Of a stretch of DNA of 64,000 nucleotides, positions 44,149 to 58,400 are shown one piece after another. The position numbers were made by a program, and so were the translations under genes. The stretch is from Klebsormidium nitens (taxonomy: Eukaryota; Plantae; Klebsormidiophyceae). Every line of letters begins with the position of its first letter. The first letter of the stretch is position 1. The stretch spans positions 61,528 to 125,527 of the forward strand of contig DF237150.1 in NCBI GenBank assembly GCA_000708835.1. Reading direction: 5' to 3'. The notes beneath the pieces are model-generated. The model had not been told where the DNA came from. It saw only the letters and a program-made list of their open reading frames with translations, and did no database searches.

Positions 44149-47100
44149 ATGTCTCGAGGATTGCAGGCAAGGATGGCTACGTCTGCCAGCATTTCCTTTT
44201 CTGCAGGGCTTTACGATCCCCCAGACGCTGTGCGCGATGGCCTGCATGCGGCGGAAGGGGACACCTTTGATCTCAATCTTCTCAGAACAAAGTCCGTGAA
44301 TCCCACACCGCTAAAAAGAAAATCCTCAGAAGACGTGAGCCGCCTTGATAGGTTGCTGCACAGGAGGGTCAGCCTGGGGGGCAAGTGTCAGGGCTTGCAT
44401 CTAGACCCGGAGACAGAGCAGAAAGCGATGACGATAGGGAACAAAATTGCTCATGCAGCTGCAGAAACTTACTTGATCACACGGCTGGCCTTCATTCTGT
44501 TGAGATCTTTTGGGTGAGTGGTGAAGAGCCCCTTGATCAGTTGCAAGTTCTTTGCTGACTAGGCGGTGTTCTGCAGTGTGGCAGCTTTGAACCTGCATGT
44601 GTGCTCCGCTTGTGGTCTTGTTTTGTTGCGGCGCTCCTCAGCCTATTATTTGAAAGTTACTTTGTTCAGAGTGATCAGATCAAGTTTAGAAAGAACGTTA
44701 AGTCTCTTTCTATTGCCTCCGTCTTGCTTTTCTTCATTTGGATCCCTTTTTGCCCACTCTTTGATCTCCAAGTTTTGGATCCTTTTAAGCCTTAGACCTG
44801 CTTGCTTCAGAATGCTCACCACCCTGCATCGATGGGAACTGAGTATGCCCCAATTACTGCCCCTAAAAGGGGCTGTGAGGCACCTTTCAATTGAGATTTC
44901 TGGAGATGACGCCCAATCCAAAGCCCGACTTCTGTGGCTTACCTTTGTATGTACAGGGTAGATCATATCTGGCCCTGTTAGATAATCGTAGAATGATTGT
45001 GGGTCAATATGGATCAGAGCAGACCCTCGTTGTACTGCTTTTGCGGGCTGCAATTCCAGAATATGATGGGACGCTCAAAGGAAACAGTCATCTGAACAAA
45101 GAACAATGCTCACATGCAACGAAAGGTGCGTTAGGTGAGAGCTTCATTGTCTTCTTACAGGGTTGGCTACCAGTGGATACAGAAGGCGATCTTCCTCGTT
45201 ATCTATGCTGCGCTTCTGGCCCCAGGCTTCGCACAAGGTCAGGCTGCCCCTCGCTGCATCCTGGGATGATCAGGCTCTGGAAATCGCACTAGTGCCTTCA
45301 CATGAAAGAGTTTTGTTCCTTGATGTACAAGCACTGACGCCTTAGCCGGTGTTTGTGGCATGGTTCATCTCAAAGCGCATCTGCAAAGCGTCATGATAAA
45401 ATAGTTTTGGATACACTGAAGCAGAAATACTTCTTGTTCCCAGTTGCTCTTCAGTGGTCGAATCCGTTTGGAATGGCATGGTAGACATCAGAGTTTCAGG
45501 ATGAAAGACCTGGCGCTTTTGTACTGCTCATGTTGCGTGGCCCCCGGGGCTTACTGGAAAACGAAATGACCAGAAAACGAAGGCGGATCTTACAAGTCGT
45601 TCTCCATTCTTGCCTTGCTTCTTCCAGTTGGGTGGTACTACTTTCAATCGCCTCGTGTCTGGCGGAGCGTTGTGTACGGGCCACACCCACGAAACAGGCT
45701 TGACCTTTACTTTCCGGAGGATAGGACCAAGCCGCGACCAGTGGTCATCTTCATAACTGGAGGCGCATGGATTATCGGGTAAGCTGCCTACCATTGAGAT
45801 CTGCTTGAGTACGGATCCTGCCATTCCGTAAAACAGTTGAACTTTGAAGGAAAGGTGTCGACAGCCGTTCTTGTTTCCATTCCCTGAGTGCAAAATCGTT
45901 TAGGACCCTTCAGGACAGTCTCTCATGTTCGGCCCTGAGAAAGGGTCAGGCAGGAAAGAATGATGACGTAAGCCTCCAAGCAGTCTGTGAAGTCTTCACG
46001 CCTGTGTTGGTGGGAAGGCTGCTAAATAAAACCGGAGCGGATGATTGAGGTTCGTCTTTCCAGTCCCATGTTTGCTGCATACGACTGAGACACCCTTACA
46101 GCCAATGCGTTTCGAGACAGGAGACTGCTGCTCAAAGGCCTTATTTCAAAATAGCGTTCCCTTCTTTCCTAAACAAAAGAAAGTTAGCCAGGTATACTTA
46201 GGCCTTACTCAAAGGACTACGTCCACGGTGCAGGTACAAAGCGTGGGGGGCGTTGCTGGGCCAATCCTTGTCCGCACGAGGGGTGATCGTCGCCTGCCTA
46301 GACTATCGGTGAGTCACGCCCCAAGTCTATGTGGTTCAGATTTCGTGGGAAGAGGGTGCGGACGTTGAAGTGGCTCGTTATTCCAGAAAACTTCTCGACT
46401 TGATCCTAATTACTCATAACGAAAATCGTATGACGGTTCACTCCAAAATCAGAGCCGCATCTGGCCGGTAGACTGCGTCCACAGTCAAAGCTGTTGCTGC
46501 ATTTTGAGCGCGTGAGATGAGCATTACCTGAGCGTCTCCAGGAATTCTTGTCAAAGCGAACATTTCACTCTGCGAGCATTTCACTTTGCGAAAGAAACGG
46601 CCTCTGCTTTCGGCAGACAAAAGACCGGACGGTCGTGTAGCAGGACGCTCGATTTCAACCGCGATCCTGAGCCGCCGAACAGTCTGTGAGGCAAATTATC
46701 TTCAAAGTCCCCCCCTGCGTTTGCAGGAACTTTCCGCAGGGAACGGTGATTGATATGCTGCTCGACGTCAGCAACGGCATCAGCTGGGTGCTGGAGAAGG
46801 CCAACGAGCTCGGGGGAGATCCACAGTCGTGAGCCTCTCAGCTTTGGATATTCGCACTCTTCGTTCTGTTCTTCCGAACGGCCCAGACATCTGTTTTCTT
46901 GCATCCAGTGAATGCCGTTCTTGTCATTCTTTCGACATTCGTCGATGCTAGTGCTTCCGATGTAGACGCGTCGCCTCGGCGGAAGAATCATACACTTTTA
47001 TCTCTTGAGATTGAAGTCACGTTGATTTGCATGGGTGCGGGAATGCGTAGTTAGTCGGCGGCGTTCGTATGCGCTTTCGTACCAATCAGCGGAGGTAGGT

Positions 47101-50100
47101 TCTTTCTCTGTTCAACTGCAATCTTCTCTTACGCTTGAATTTGTCCTTGCGCTTATGGCCTCTTTACAGCGAGCTTAACTTTTGGATGCCCCCTCGCGCC
47201 TATGCGTTCTCTGATTCCTTTGGTCGCCACTTGTGGCTTTTCGCTGTGGACTGGACAAAGGGACGCGGCGCGCTCCCGCGCAGCTCTTCTCAGAAGGTCA
47301 AGTGACTCCTCGCATGCAAAAACGGAACTCACAGAGTCTTCCACATCTTAGTAGGTCAATCAAAACAAAAAAAATTCATAGAATTTTGCACTTTGCGGCA
47401 GGGTCGTATTGGTGGGCCAGTCGGCTGGCGCGCACCTCGGTTCGCTCGCGCTCCTGAAGCACGCCATCAAAGAGGCGAACGGGCTGGAGCGGCTGAACTG
47501 GAGCCTGAAGCAGATTCGGGCCTTCGTCGGCGTTTCCGGTGGGTAAGAGCCCAAAGCGCCTTTGCCCAGCTTCTTCAAAGAAGGCCTTGAGTTTCGACGC
47601 TCGGGAGATGCACACTCAGCGAGTCTGAGTCTTTTTGGACGGATTGGATCGGAACGGCCAATTGGGACCCCCTGCACCTTCGATCAGTTTTGAAGGACGT
47701 GCATGTCCTATGCCCACTTTAAGCCCACTGTGAGTACTCTTATTCCGGTGTTCCAGCATGTGAAGTGCTCTGTTGCGTGTGAAGTGCTCTTCTGAAGTTT
47801 GCAGGGCTTGGCGAAAAGCGGTCTAGAGTCGGCCGTTCAGAGCCTCCTTTCAAGTGCTTCGAGAAATGCTTTCCTTATGGTTTGAACCAGCCGTTTGCGG
47901 ATTCCGCCCCCTTCTGCTGTGGCCAATTGCAGGGACGGTTTGTAGAGGGTCTCGCAGGAGTTCGAATTTGCGTCCAGAGGTTGCAGGTATTTGACTAGGC
48001 TCGTTCGTCTGATAGTTTAGCTTTGTGGTTGATGGATCCACTTAGGTCGCTGCACAGCAGCTTCGAGAGAGTACAGATTTCTTACGATGTACGTTTGTCG
48101 GTGCAGGTACAATCTGCACGAGTTGATGGACCACTTCCACGAACAAGGGTTGTATCGCTCAATCTTTGAAAAGTGAGGGCTCTCTCCCGACATGGGACTC
48201 TTGCGCAATCCCTATTGCAGTGCGTGTCACGTGCGCTTCTGCGTGCTGCATGATTTCAGAGCCCGTAAGCACTCCACCGTCGAACAAAGTGAACGTGCTT
48301 ACCGTCAGAAGCCCTTGCCTATGATTGTGAAATTTATGCGATCTTGAACGCATGGAATTAAAACACGTGTCATGTTCCGCCAGGATCATGGACGGGAAGG
48401 AGGTCATGCCCTTTTTTTCGCCGGAGGCAATCCTTGAGTCAAAGGCTTTTGCCGGGAGCGAAAACGCAGCCAAGCTGGTGCCCCCTGTGACACTGCTGCA
48501 TGGGACGCGCGACAAGTCCATACCTCACCAAGCAAGGTGCCGCTTTCTTCCTTCTTAAAGCCCACTTAGTATAGCTAATTCTTTCCTTAAGTAGTGAGCG
48601 TTAAGCGTTCTCTACATGCATTTGGTGTTGGTACACGTGATTAAATTAACCGGAGAGCAAGACACAGTCAGCTGGCTGTTTTGCTAGCATCCGACAGTGG
48701 TTGGATCCCGCTGTACAGTCGCATCCATGTCTTGCACTTGTTCGTGCTGGTTGATCCATGCTCAAATGACCACGATTATGTTTTAGGCTTGTTGCGGCGT
48801 TTGGCCGGACGGGGGAAGAAGAGGTCGACTTTCTGGTTGGCTTGAGCTGTAAGCAGTCCGGATATGCCTGCAAGTTTGACACCACGGTCGCTCGTCCGCG
48901 TTTGAGGATTTATTCACAAAGATCTGTTGCCTTGCAGCGAGCGCTTTGCTGAGAAGCTGAAGAAGCATGGGATTGCAGCAACCACGCGCATCTTCGTTGG
49001 CAAGTCGCACACTGACCCAATCATCCAGGTTTGTTGTAACACTCGCTTTTCTCCTTCAATCTTGCTTCATCTATCTTTTTTCCTTTTTCCTGATTCTTTG
49101 TTTGTCATCTCTGTGTACTGCTGACCTTTCTTCCTCGATCTGTCGAGCATCTGCTGTTTGATTGGTTCTAGCCGTCGAATGTTGTCAGCAATTCCTTGTT
49201 TCACTAATGTGTTGACCTTCTGCGGAGAGGTTCAATCTCTCTAAGACTTCCTCAATGCGTCTTGCGACGGTGAGCCGTCTTTTCAGGAGTCAAGCAGCAT
49301 TTCTCTCTCCTACACACTGTTGTTCGTTCCGAAATCCACGGGCAAGCGGCTGTGTAAGTAGGAGTTGCCATTCACCCATGGCTCACTCTTGGTGTATTGC
49401 TCCAGACTGCTGCTCACACAAATCAATTGTCAGCGGGGCAATTTTCAGCGGGGCAGATTGCTATTTCTATGACACTGTGACGGCGCCAGATCGAAGGTGT
49501 TAAAGTGGGCGTCGGGGTATAAAACCGGTATTTTTCAGACCAAATCGGGTTTCGGCCGAGTCGCTGTAGCTCAGGTGGCTAGCGCGCTCGCCTAGACTTG
49601 GCCAAAAAGTCCGAGGTCCCGCGTTCGAACCACAGAATTGCTACTTTGCTTCTTCTTTTTTGCCGCACCCAGCTATTTAGGCATGCTTTTGGGGCCCTAC
49701 CGGGCACCTGATTTGAGCCCAGACAGGCCATCCGACGATCTCAGATTGTTCAAGGAAATATGGGGCTGATCGAACGGCTAGATTCACAATTATTTTGACT
49801 GTACCGGGCAAAGCATTCCGTGACGTCATACAGCCTCGGCGGTACCTCTAGCTCCCAAAGTACCGTACCTACGCACCCCGGTACGCTGACGACTTTCTGA
49901 TGTCACTAGCAATCGCGACCGTTCGATGGATGGGGCACCGATCGAGCCGATGGAATCCTGGGCGTACGATCAAAACGGGACCCGCGGGTCCCACGCCCAC
50001 TTTAAGCTTACGCATCAACCCATCGAGCTCGTATGCTGTCTACACATGCCCCCGGGCCCTGACGTTTTGTCAAGTAAAATCTTCGTCATCTTGTCCGGAA

Positions 50101-50407
50101 CAATTGCGCCAGTTTAATGGTTCGTTCTTTGTCTAGGATTATGCGTCCGTCAAATAGATTTGCGCCTCAATCAGCGAGAGGAATTCTGGACTTTATTGAC
50201 TTTCGACATCATCATTTCTTCTCAACCCCAACGTGTGTGCCCGTGCAGGACCCATTGCGCGGCGGTAAAGACGATCTCATGGAGGCAGTCCTGGCCGTTC
50301 TCTATGAAGGCATCGATGAAGGCGGGTGGCCAGCGGCACGTCCAGCCAGACGACGGATGGTGCCCGAGCCGTTAATTGCTCTCGCAGGGAGAGCATGCCC
50401 CTTTTAA
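44149..50407 (+). CDS. Isoprenylcysteine alpha-carbonyl methylesterase ICME/ICMEL-like alpha/beta hydrolase (10 exons; start codon uncertain)
   Basis: Exons 44149?-44513, 45161-45237, 45628-45778, 46234-46308, 46727-46828, 47402-47542, 48107-48172, 48384-48536, 48938-49028, 50249-50407. Motifs [70 protein letters not shown]-terminal CPF. Confidence 0.9.
49560..49661 (+). ncRNA. tRNA-derived Pol III-type element (pseudo-tRNA or SINE-like head) in ICME intron 9
   Basis: A box tagctcaggtgg, B box gttcgaacc, T6 at 49656-49661; the 5' half resembles tRNA-Ala(AGC) but the T stem and acceptor stem do not close. Confidence 0.55.
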
Positions 50408-52017
50408 AGAGGGCCGGCCACATGTCTTGCACTGTACACAAGCATAGGCTATCACGCACGCAAATATTAGCACGCATGCACTGCATAAACATTAAGTAGC
50501 CGCCAGGTTGAAGCACTATCCGTTGAATACTTCGACGGTGAAAGAATTCGGTAAAAGTAATAAGCAGAATCATTACAAGTAGCTCGGGTTGCTCCGAAGA
50601 AGTAATGATCAGTTCCGGAAGTTTGTAAGAGCTGATCTGAGCCGACGCAAAGTAGGTACCGATAAAGAGAGACTGTCAAATCAGCTCGAGCTGCCGCAAG
50701 CCAGGAACCAACATTTTCGTAGACCATGGCGCATGTTGACATGGTCAAATATGGAAAAAAGTACAGATATCGAATCCATACAAGGTTTGGACAGGATGAC
50801 AATCGTTCCGCAGCCTATACAATTGAACAATCTTCAATGAGAAGGTCGAGCCGTACCTCATATGCCATCAGGTTGTTCCGCAATGTACGTTGTGCTGCGT
50901 GAACTTTGCACTGCAAAAAGGTTAGTACGAGCACTTCCACCGAGAAGCTGGGATAAGCTATAGCGCGACCATGGATCAAATTCAAGAATAACAGTAAGCC
51001 GAGATAGTAATATGGTAACCGTAGGGTTAGTTTGGGGGTTAGGGTGGGTACGGGTGCGGAGCGGGTGTCTTCCTGGGTTAGGGCTTTTAGTGTTAGTCGG
51101 AGCTTATTATTATCTTGGCTTACTTTTCGGTACTTAAAAGTTAAAGGTATCTTTCTTGAGTTTCATCCTAGTTTCATCCGCCATGGGGGCCCTTTGGTGT
51201 GCCCACGTGCATTTACACGCTGTCGTCCCGGACAGGGGTCCGAGATCATTCCACGACCAAGGCTTGCCCGAGCCCCGTGGTCCACGTGCTTTGAGTAATC
51301 GACGGTCCGGATATATCTGGATTATGTGGATGTAATGATGGCTGTTCGTGACCATCCGTACGCAGTCATCATATCAGGAATCCCCCTTCCTTCTTTGGAA
51401 TGATGGCACCAGTTCCAATCCCATTCTTGCTGCATTGGGGGCGCCAAAAGAAGTTGCCAGGGAAGCTGTGCAATGTGGACGTAAAATAGGGGGAAAGCAG
51501 CTGTTCAGGTCAATTGGATGCAAGCTGCATGGAGCTCTAGCAGTGGCATTGCTGTCGCGGCGCGCTTTTGATTCGGCAGCGGTACGAGCGAACACCAGCT
51601 TCTTAGTTGTTTCGTTTGAGGGGGTTGCATCAGAGTTTATTGGCAGGCTGTCACGGCTTAAGAGTGTCAGAGCTTCCTGTATTGAAAATCTGAACCACTT
51701 TCGGATTAAGGTTTGGCAGCATTCTGGGTTGCCCCTTTCAAGATCCACGTACTTTCACTGTGGCCAGAAGCATAACCGACAGGAAGGTCTGGCAGTGATT
51801 CGGACTGAGAGGAATGCAAGGAGACCGGTGGCATTGCTGCTGTGTATCAGCAGAAGTTCTTATCAATTGCCCCAATTGCTGGTCTTGAAAGACTTGGAGA
51901 TCTTCAGTAGGGTTTCTCAGTGCCGACATTGAAATTACTTTTGAGCTGGCAGACCTACTGTAGCATTTCCATCACGGCAGTCAGATACTGTCTCTCTACT
52001 CAGAGTCCTCTCGAGTG

Positions 52018-53533
52018 ATGGGGACTTTCAGTGATCCTCCACCTTGCCCCGAGGAACAGCTGATTCTCGACTTCTTCGAGGCTGTCAATGATAAGGATTC
52101 TGATAGGCTGCTGAAGATGTTCCATCCAGACTACGAGTCGGAGCAGCCGTGCTACCCAACAAGGAACTTCAAAGGAGGGGAACAGGTAACCAGTCACAAC
52201 TCCTGGCCACCTTAAGATGCCAACCTTGACAGCCTATTGTCCTGATATCAACAGTCTGCTGCAAGATGCAGCTTGCAGCTACTTGCTCGCTCCTTTTTGC
52301 TAAGAATTTTCAAGCCCTGGGCAAAACCATGGCATGTCGTCGTTGTTGTTACTTCAGGTACTTGAATGTGGCAAATGCAGCGGTTGATCTCGCAGTGACC
52401 AACTCCTGAAAAAAGGTTCTACTTTGTAGGCAACAGGGAGATTCACAAAAAAATCAGGAATCCTCCAGTCACAATCACTCTTTGAAAGAGTTCAGGGCCT
52501 GAGCTGCTGATCAATAATCCTGTCGGCGTTCTTTGAATCGTGACGAACTCGGTATGTTTCAGATTTGAAAGCAAGGAGCGCCGCTCTTTACTTGTGAGGT
52601 GCTTTTGAGAGAGACTACGAGATTCACCAACACAAGTTGAAACTTGAGGCCTTTTACTCTGCTGTGTGACTCTTGCAGATCTCAGTGTCATTTGTTAGCA
52701 TGTATCAAAATTCCTTATGCATGGTCTTTCCTTCCTCCCTGATCTCTACGACGAGTCTGTACAAACTGTGCAGGACAAGAATTGAATGCACCGGACAAAT
52801 AGGTTTGTGAGACTTCGTTCGTTGCAGACTTTCTTTAACCGGGGATGTCACATTGGCTTTCATGCCAGGATCCTGTTGACCATTCGCTTGCCCTTAAAGC
52901 TTCAGATCCGAAAATTATCTGGCCTGTCTTCAATTCAAGAGCTTAAATCTCACCCTTCTCCTTGCAGGTGTTGAGAAATTATGAGGCGTTGTCCAAGTTC
53001 AAGAGCGTGAAGTACACTGTTCACCGGACCGCTTTTAAGCAAGAAGGCCCGGGGCGGGTTACGGGGTTTGTGGAGTGCAGTCTGCAGGATGCAGAGAACA
53101 AAGTCAATGTCAAGGGGGTGTTCATTTATGAAACACAGGACAAACTGTTGCGAAAGGTGAGCCGTTCTTCTGTACTGGTTTTGGTCACCTACTTAATCTG
53201 ACATGTTTTCCATAGATTCTCAAAGATACCTTGTGTCTCTTCCAGAATCTTGCAAAACAAGAGTGGAGGAACGTTTCCCTTTTTTGAACATGATATGGCG
53301 CGTATCCATGTGCTGCAATGTTCTTGTCGCAACTCTCTCCACTGACAGAGTCTCTGCTTGAATGCACTTTAAAGCAAGCAATGATTACATGGAAAAAGGA
53401 TAACGCATCACGGTCAAGTTTGTGAGTACTTTTCTTATGATTTCAGGGGAGTTTGTACATGACGCCTGTTCAGAGTTCTGGGCACTCGATCGCCGAGCAC
53501 TTCCGGATTGTGTCAGAGAAGGGCAAGTGGTAG
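52018..53533 (+). CDS. Small SnoaL/NTF2-like protein (3 coding exons; 5' end uncertain)
   Basis: Exons 52018-52185, 52968-53156, 53447-53533, phase 0. LILDFFEAVNDKDSDRLLKMFHPDYESEQP..RNFKGGEQV and terminal LRKGSLYMTPV resemble SnoaL-like folds. Confidence 0.65.
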
Positions 53534-55487
53534 ATAGCTTTGCAAGCTCATTGCGCGAGTAGGTCTTCCTCCACAAAAACAAGTCAACGTCTTGCCGACT
53601 GTCAAAGGTAGAGTTGTGCAATAAAGGTCAGCGGCGGAGCAACCCAGGTGTGAAAGCATTAGCAAAAATAAAGCGATTCTTCATACCTGTTCTTGCGTTG
53701 AACAGTAGGGCTAAGGCTGTCTAAGTGGCATGCTTATGGTGCACATGCAGTGGCAAGTCGCAAAACACCTACGCAACTAAAATAGATCTGCAGGCTAGTC
53801 GCGTGCACTGAACTTATTTACTCGGCGTGAAACACATTTTGAGTATGCAGACTTTGCTCGATTGTAGCACTTTCAGAATGTGCTGTTGACAGACCGTAAG
53901 AGGACATTTGTCAGCGTCCGGTCCGGCGTTTTATCTCTCCTGGTTAATTTCCCAGGGCCGCGCCTTGGGGACATCGCCACTTGATGATTCAGCAAATAGC
54001 ATGCGGGCCCCGCTAGCCTTTGCGCCCGGTCATCATTGCGCAGGATCGATTACGAACAGGACAATTCGATTCCATTGTTCGAATTTACTTATCGACTATA
54101 GCAGCGGCACTGCCATACAGCGAAAGCCCCCACCAACCTACATTGCATATATGTTTGTAACCACAGCAGCTGCCAGCCATCTTGTGCCTTTTGAGGATCA
54201 TGGCATGCCAGCGTTTGAGTCTGCTGGCGATGATACATATAGTTCTGTACACTGTAAGCGGCCTGTAGCATTGAAACCCGTAAATTAGGCATGGCATATG
54301 ATTAAGTTAATTAATGCAAGTATTGCATACTAACGCGTCACTTATGATTGGCAAGTGACTCCGACACACGTTGTGTACTTCGATGCACGCTATGTGTCAC
54401 GATTTTACGTTGAGATATGCATCACGGGAGCGCCGCCTTGATCGACTGTTAAACCAATGATACATGTGGGAATTTGTTTATGTCTGCAGGCTAGCCTAGA
54501 GAATTATACCTGGTGGTCAGCGAGTGCATATGAAGAAACACTGGGCTTGCTACTACCATGCGGCCATGCCGGGGCGCCATCTATCATGCACGCCATGGCC
54601 CGGTATAAAGATTGCTATCATATGTTCAACTGGAACCAAGCGCTCTTATAAGCCTGGTTGTTCAAGATGTTGAGGCCGACCATGAACTAGCTATCGGCAA
54701 CGTGTAGCATCATTGCCATGGTTGCACACAGTACGCATGCGGAACTTCGGAACATGGAGCTAGCTTCCGCACGAATCGCAGATCGACTTTAGTGCCGCCA
54801 GCACCGTATAAACCACTGTACGATGATGAGATTGGGAATTGTGTGCATCTCTAACTTATGCTGTACAGTGTAAACGTGTTGGTGAGTGGTGAGTGCAGAG
54901 TAACAAGTTCATTGAAGATGGCTGTACGGGTCAAGGTACGCACAGCTATAGTAAGCTTGGTACGGAGGATCTCTCAACGTGACGTGCAACTAATAAATAT
55001 GTCATTGAATCAGACCGTTCCTAACCGAAGACTCTAGCCTGCTCCTGACAGTCGACAACGAAACACTCTCATAAAAACGCAGTCCTAACTACAGAGGCAC
55101 GGATATCATGGCAGTCCTACAAAAGCGCTTCAACGCCTCAAAGCCTCTATCACTTGACAGGCAAAAGACCGTTCCACGACCAGTGCGAACGGAGATAGGT
55201 ATGGCCTTAGGGAGAATGGAGGCCGCAACCCCCTAGACTGTAACCCACATGGGGTGTCAATCTCCCGCTCGAAACACAGGGCCACCCTGCAATCCCCGTG
55301 TCCCTTTCGTCCAGCGGTCTTTCAAGAGAGCGACTCATATCCGCTCACAGACAACGGCCCGTCTCTTCCGGCCGTCCCCTTTCGAGATCTTTGGTCGGTC
55401 TACGGACCCCGACCGCTTTTTCCAGAGATCGCGCCTCCCCCACTGTTCGGTCACTACCCCCCCCGGATCCGCCTGGCAATCTCAGTC

Positions 55488-58400
55488 CTATTCAAAGCTT
55501 ATAGCCCGGGCGGTTCGGTTCACTCTAAGGGGCGTCTCCGGCGATTGTGGGTCGTCAAAAATGTCAGGACTGTCTGGTCGTTCGCTCCCGGTGCGAGAGG
55601 AGTGACGGGAGGGTTCTGGCGTGGCCCACTCAGTGTCACCTGGCCGGTTGACCGTACCGGGCAGATCGTCACACGACGAGGCCGGGGGCCGCCTGACGCC
55701 GGCTAGTTGCTGGAAGAGTGCCACGAGTCTGCAGGAAGGGAAGAGTGTCAAGCGGTCAGAAAGCGGACTTGATCAGGACCGGATGGGTGGTAAACTCCAA
55801 TCAGCGAATATGCGAACATTCGAGGGTCGAAAGGATGAATTGGGTTGAGGGAATAACTTCTTCTTCTTTGAAGAGGATGATTTCAAATGAGCCTACGCGA
55901 GAAAATTGACCACTTTCTAGGGACGAAGGTAATGTGCTCCGCTGCTACGACATCTTTAAAACTTTTCATACCAAAGGTTTCAGAGCAGAGTACGGCTACC
56001 CCAGAGTAGTAAACAGCAAAAGAGTTCCATAGAAGAAGCGTACAGGCAGTTTTCTTTCTGCGTCCGGATCAAGAGCGGTTTTTCAAGGGTCCTTTACTAC
56101 TGCCACAGTCTGCTATTCCGTGCATCACTGTCGCTGGTTCGATCGCCCAAAAGCGATGACGTCATCTTGACATCACAAAAAGGCGGATCGTCAGCCAAGG
56201 CCTCAAACTTTCAGCAGAAGGGACTTACTGGTTCACGAGTTGCGCCGCGAGGCTGAGCAGGAAGAGGGCGACCATGGCCCAGGCGATGCCGCTCTGGTGG
56301 ACGCCGTTGGGCGCCTGGAGGAAAACGAGCGCGCACACGAAGATGCCCACCTCGCACGCGCACGATAGCGTCTCCACGAATTGGAGCCGCCGGCTTATGA
56401 ACGGCTGCAAGGTGCATAAGCGGACAGTATAAGCGGGGAGGGCACTTGAGAAAACCGCAGCTCTTATGTTCATCGAAGCAGCCGCCTCTCAAAATTTGTT
56501 GCATCAAGAAAAAGGCGGAGAACGAAAACATGGCCGCTACAGCGAAGCAGTGACAGCAGCGAAGGTCTATTCATTGTCGGCGTACACGTTTAATGAACAC
56601 CTAAAATTGGGGAAAGTTCTTGTCCTTATCTGGCAGAACCTCCTTTGAGAGTGTCAATCGGCTCACCCGTATCAATATCAGGAGGAAGACCTGCACGATT
56701 GACACCGCCAGCACCGCCACAACCTGACCCAAGCTGTGCTGCGAGCTCCCAAACGCCCCCAGCAGAATGGCATACGCTATCACGCGCGTCAGCTCGATGA
56801 CGCGATAAGATACGCGCGCCCTCGAGGCGCGCCGCTCCTTATTCGTACCCCCCCGCCCTACGTCAGCACCCGTGGTCCCGTCTGTTCGAGGCGGCGTTTT
56901 CTGTGGGGTATTCGTTCCGGTTCCGGTCGGGAAATACGGAGCGGAAGACGGATCGGAGACGACGGCCAGCCCGCGGGTGTCCTCGAAGAGACTGCCCCAT
57001 CGCGACAAGAACCTGCGGAGAGGGAGTCGATGACGTCAGTGAAGACGTCACGATTGATCCAAAGGAGATGTCGTAAACACAGCATGCAACATGCGCTGCT
57101 AGAAATCTGTGGCATCCGGGAACGAAGGCTCGACTCTGCGAGCTTGCGCATGCGTCTGGTAGGTGGCCAAAGTTCGGCATCTAGATCAGAAGAACGTCTT
57201 CTCGGAAGGGCGGGTTATACATTTACTAAGGTTTCAAAGACTGTTGTGGGGAGGGGTGACGCATGTCCCTAAGTCGACTGTTCAAACGTTTCTCGAAGAG
57301 ATTGGGTCGGCTATCAGCCCACTTCTCGTCGAACCCATGCTTTACTCCAGACTCATGCAAACCGTTCTTTTCTAAGTGCACCACGAAAAAGGAATGCAAG
57401 ATGGCGGAAAAAAGGAAACACAAGGGGTCTGCTCACTTCGTTTCCCCCGGTTGTATCGAGACCCAGTACCCTTTCCCCGGTCGCTTTCTCGACAACAGCC
57501 GCTGGAATCTCCCCCCTTTGGGCGCCCCGTCCTCATCTACGCTGGCCAGGAAATAACCAACTCGCTCGCCCTGAGAGGATGCCAAATTCGGAAGTTTAAA
57601 GTGAGGCTTTTCAGGTGAGGGTTTAGAGCGAAGTCTCAAGGACGTGCAAAGGGCGGCGGGAAGAAACGCACGCAGAGTAATAGCGCACAATCTGCCCAGC
57701 GGATGGCCATCGTATGGCGAATGCAGGCGCTTTCCAAATTCTGCCTCGGTTTTGAATAGTCGAAGATGGAAGAGGTTACCGGGCCTCATTATCAAATGCA
57801 CAGAAAGCACATCTGAACCACGAGCAGCTTCTCACAAAAGTTAGAACTTCGAAAAAGAGGAATGATGAGGAACTTTGCCTTGGCGTCGAAAGGACGAAAG
57901 AGGAGGACGAGTTTCCAAACTCACCCGCACGACTTTGATCCACAGGAACAGCAGCATCCAGACGACGAACAGCCCCGGCCAGAGAACTAGAAGCGCGAGC
58001 CCCAGCCCGAGGCCCCACGCGGACGTCCCCGCGATGACGATCGAACTAGAGTGCGCGATCCCCGCCACCGTTACCGCCACCAAGAACAGCTCGAAGCGCG
58101 GGTGGAGGAGCGCCCCGGTGGCCAAATTGCGCCCGCGCACGCGTGCGCGCCACACGGCGAAGAGGAGAGTGTGCAGGAAAGTGAGGACGATGAGGAAGAC
58201 GACGGCCCAGATGAGCGCGCGCCAAAACTGACGGAACCTGCAGGGGAACGGTGGCTGGTTAGAAGAGTCTCGAGGGGGTTCGACAATCGTACCAATTTTG
58301 GATTAGTTGCTAGTCAATCAGACTCCGGCTGCAGAAAGAGGCCTTCAGAATGGCCGTCACAGTACCGGTTATCCACACTAATGGACAGGCGACGCAATTG

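Noticed and set aside
51015-51090. ttaggg-like words (also near 61415 and 59985-60030)
   Set aside because: Scattered single motifs, not tandem telomeric arrays.
51348-51932. 194-aa ORF upstream of the SnoaL-like exons
   Set aside because: No motif and atypical composition; probably 5'UTR intron or intergenic sequence.
54457-54651. Short ORF with a possible acceptor (ctgcag|gctagc)
   Set aside because: The SnoaL-like gene already has a fitting terminal exon at 53447-53533 and nothing else supports this one.
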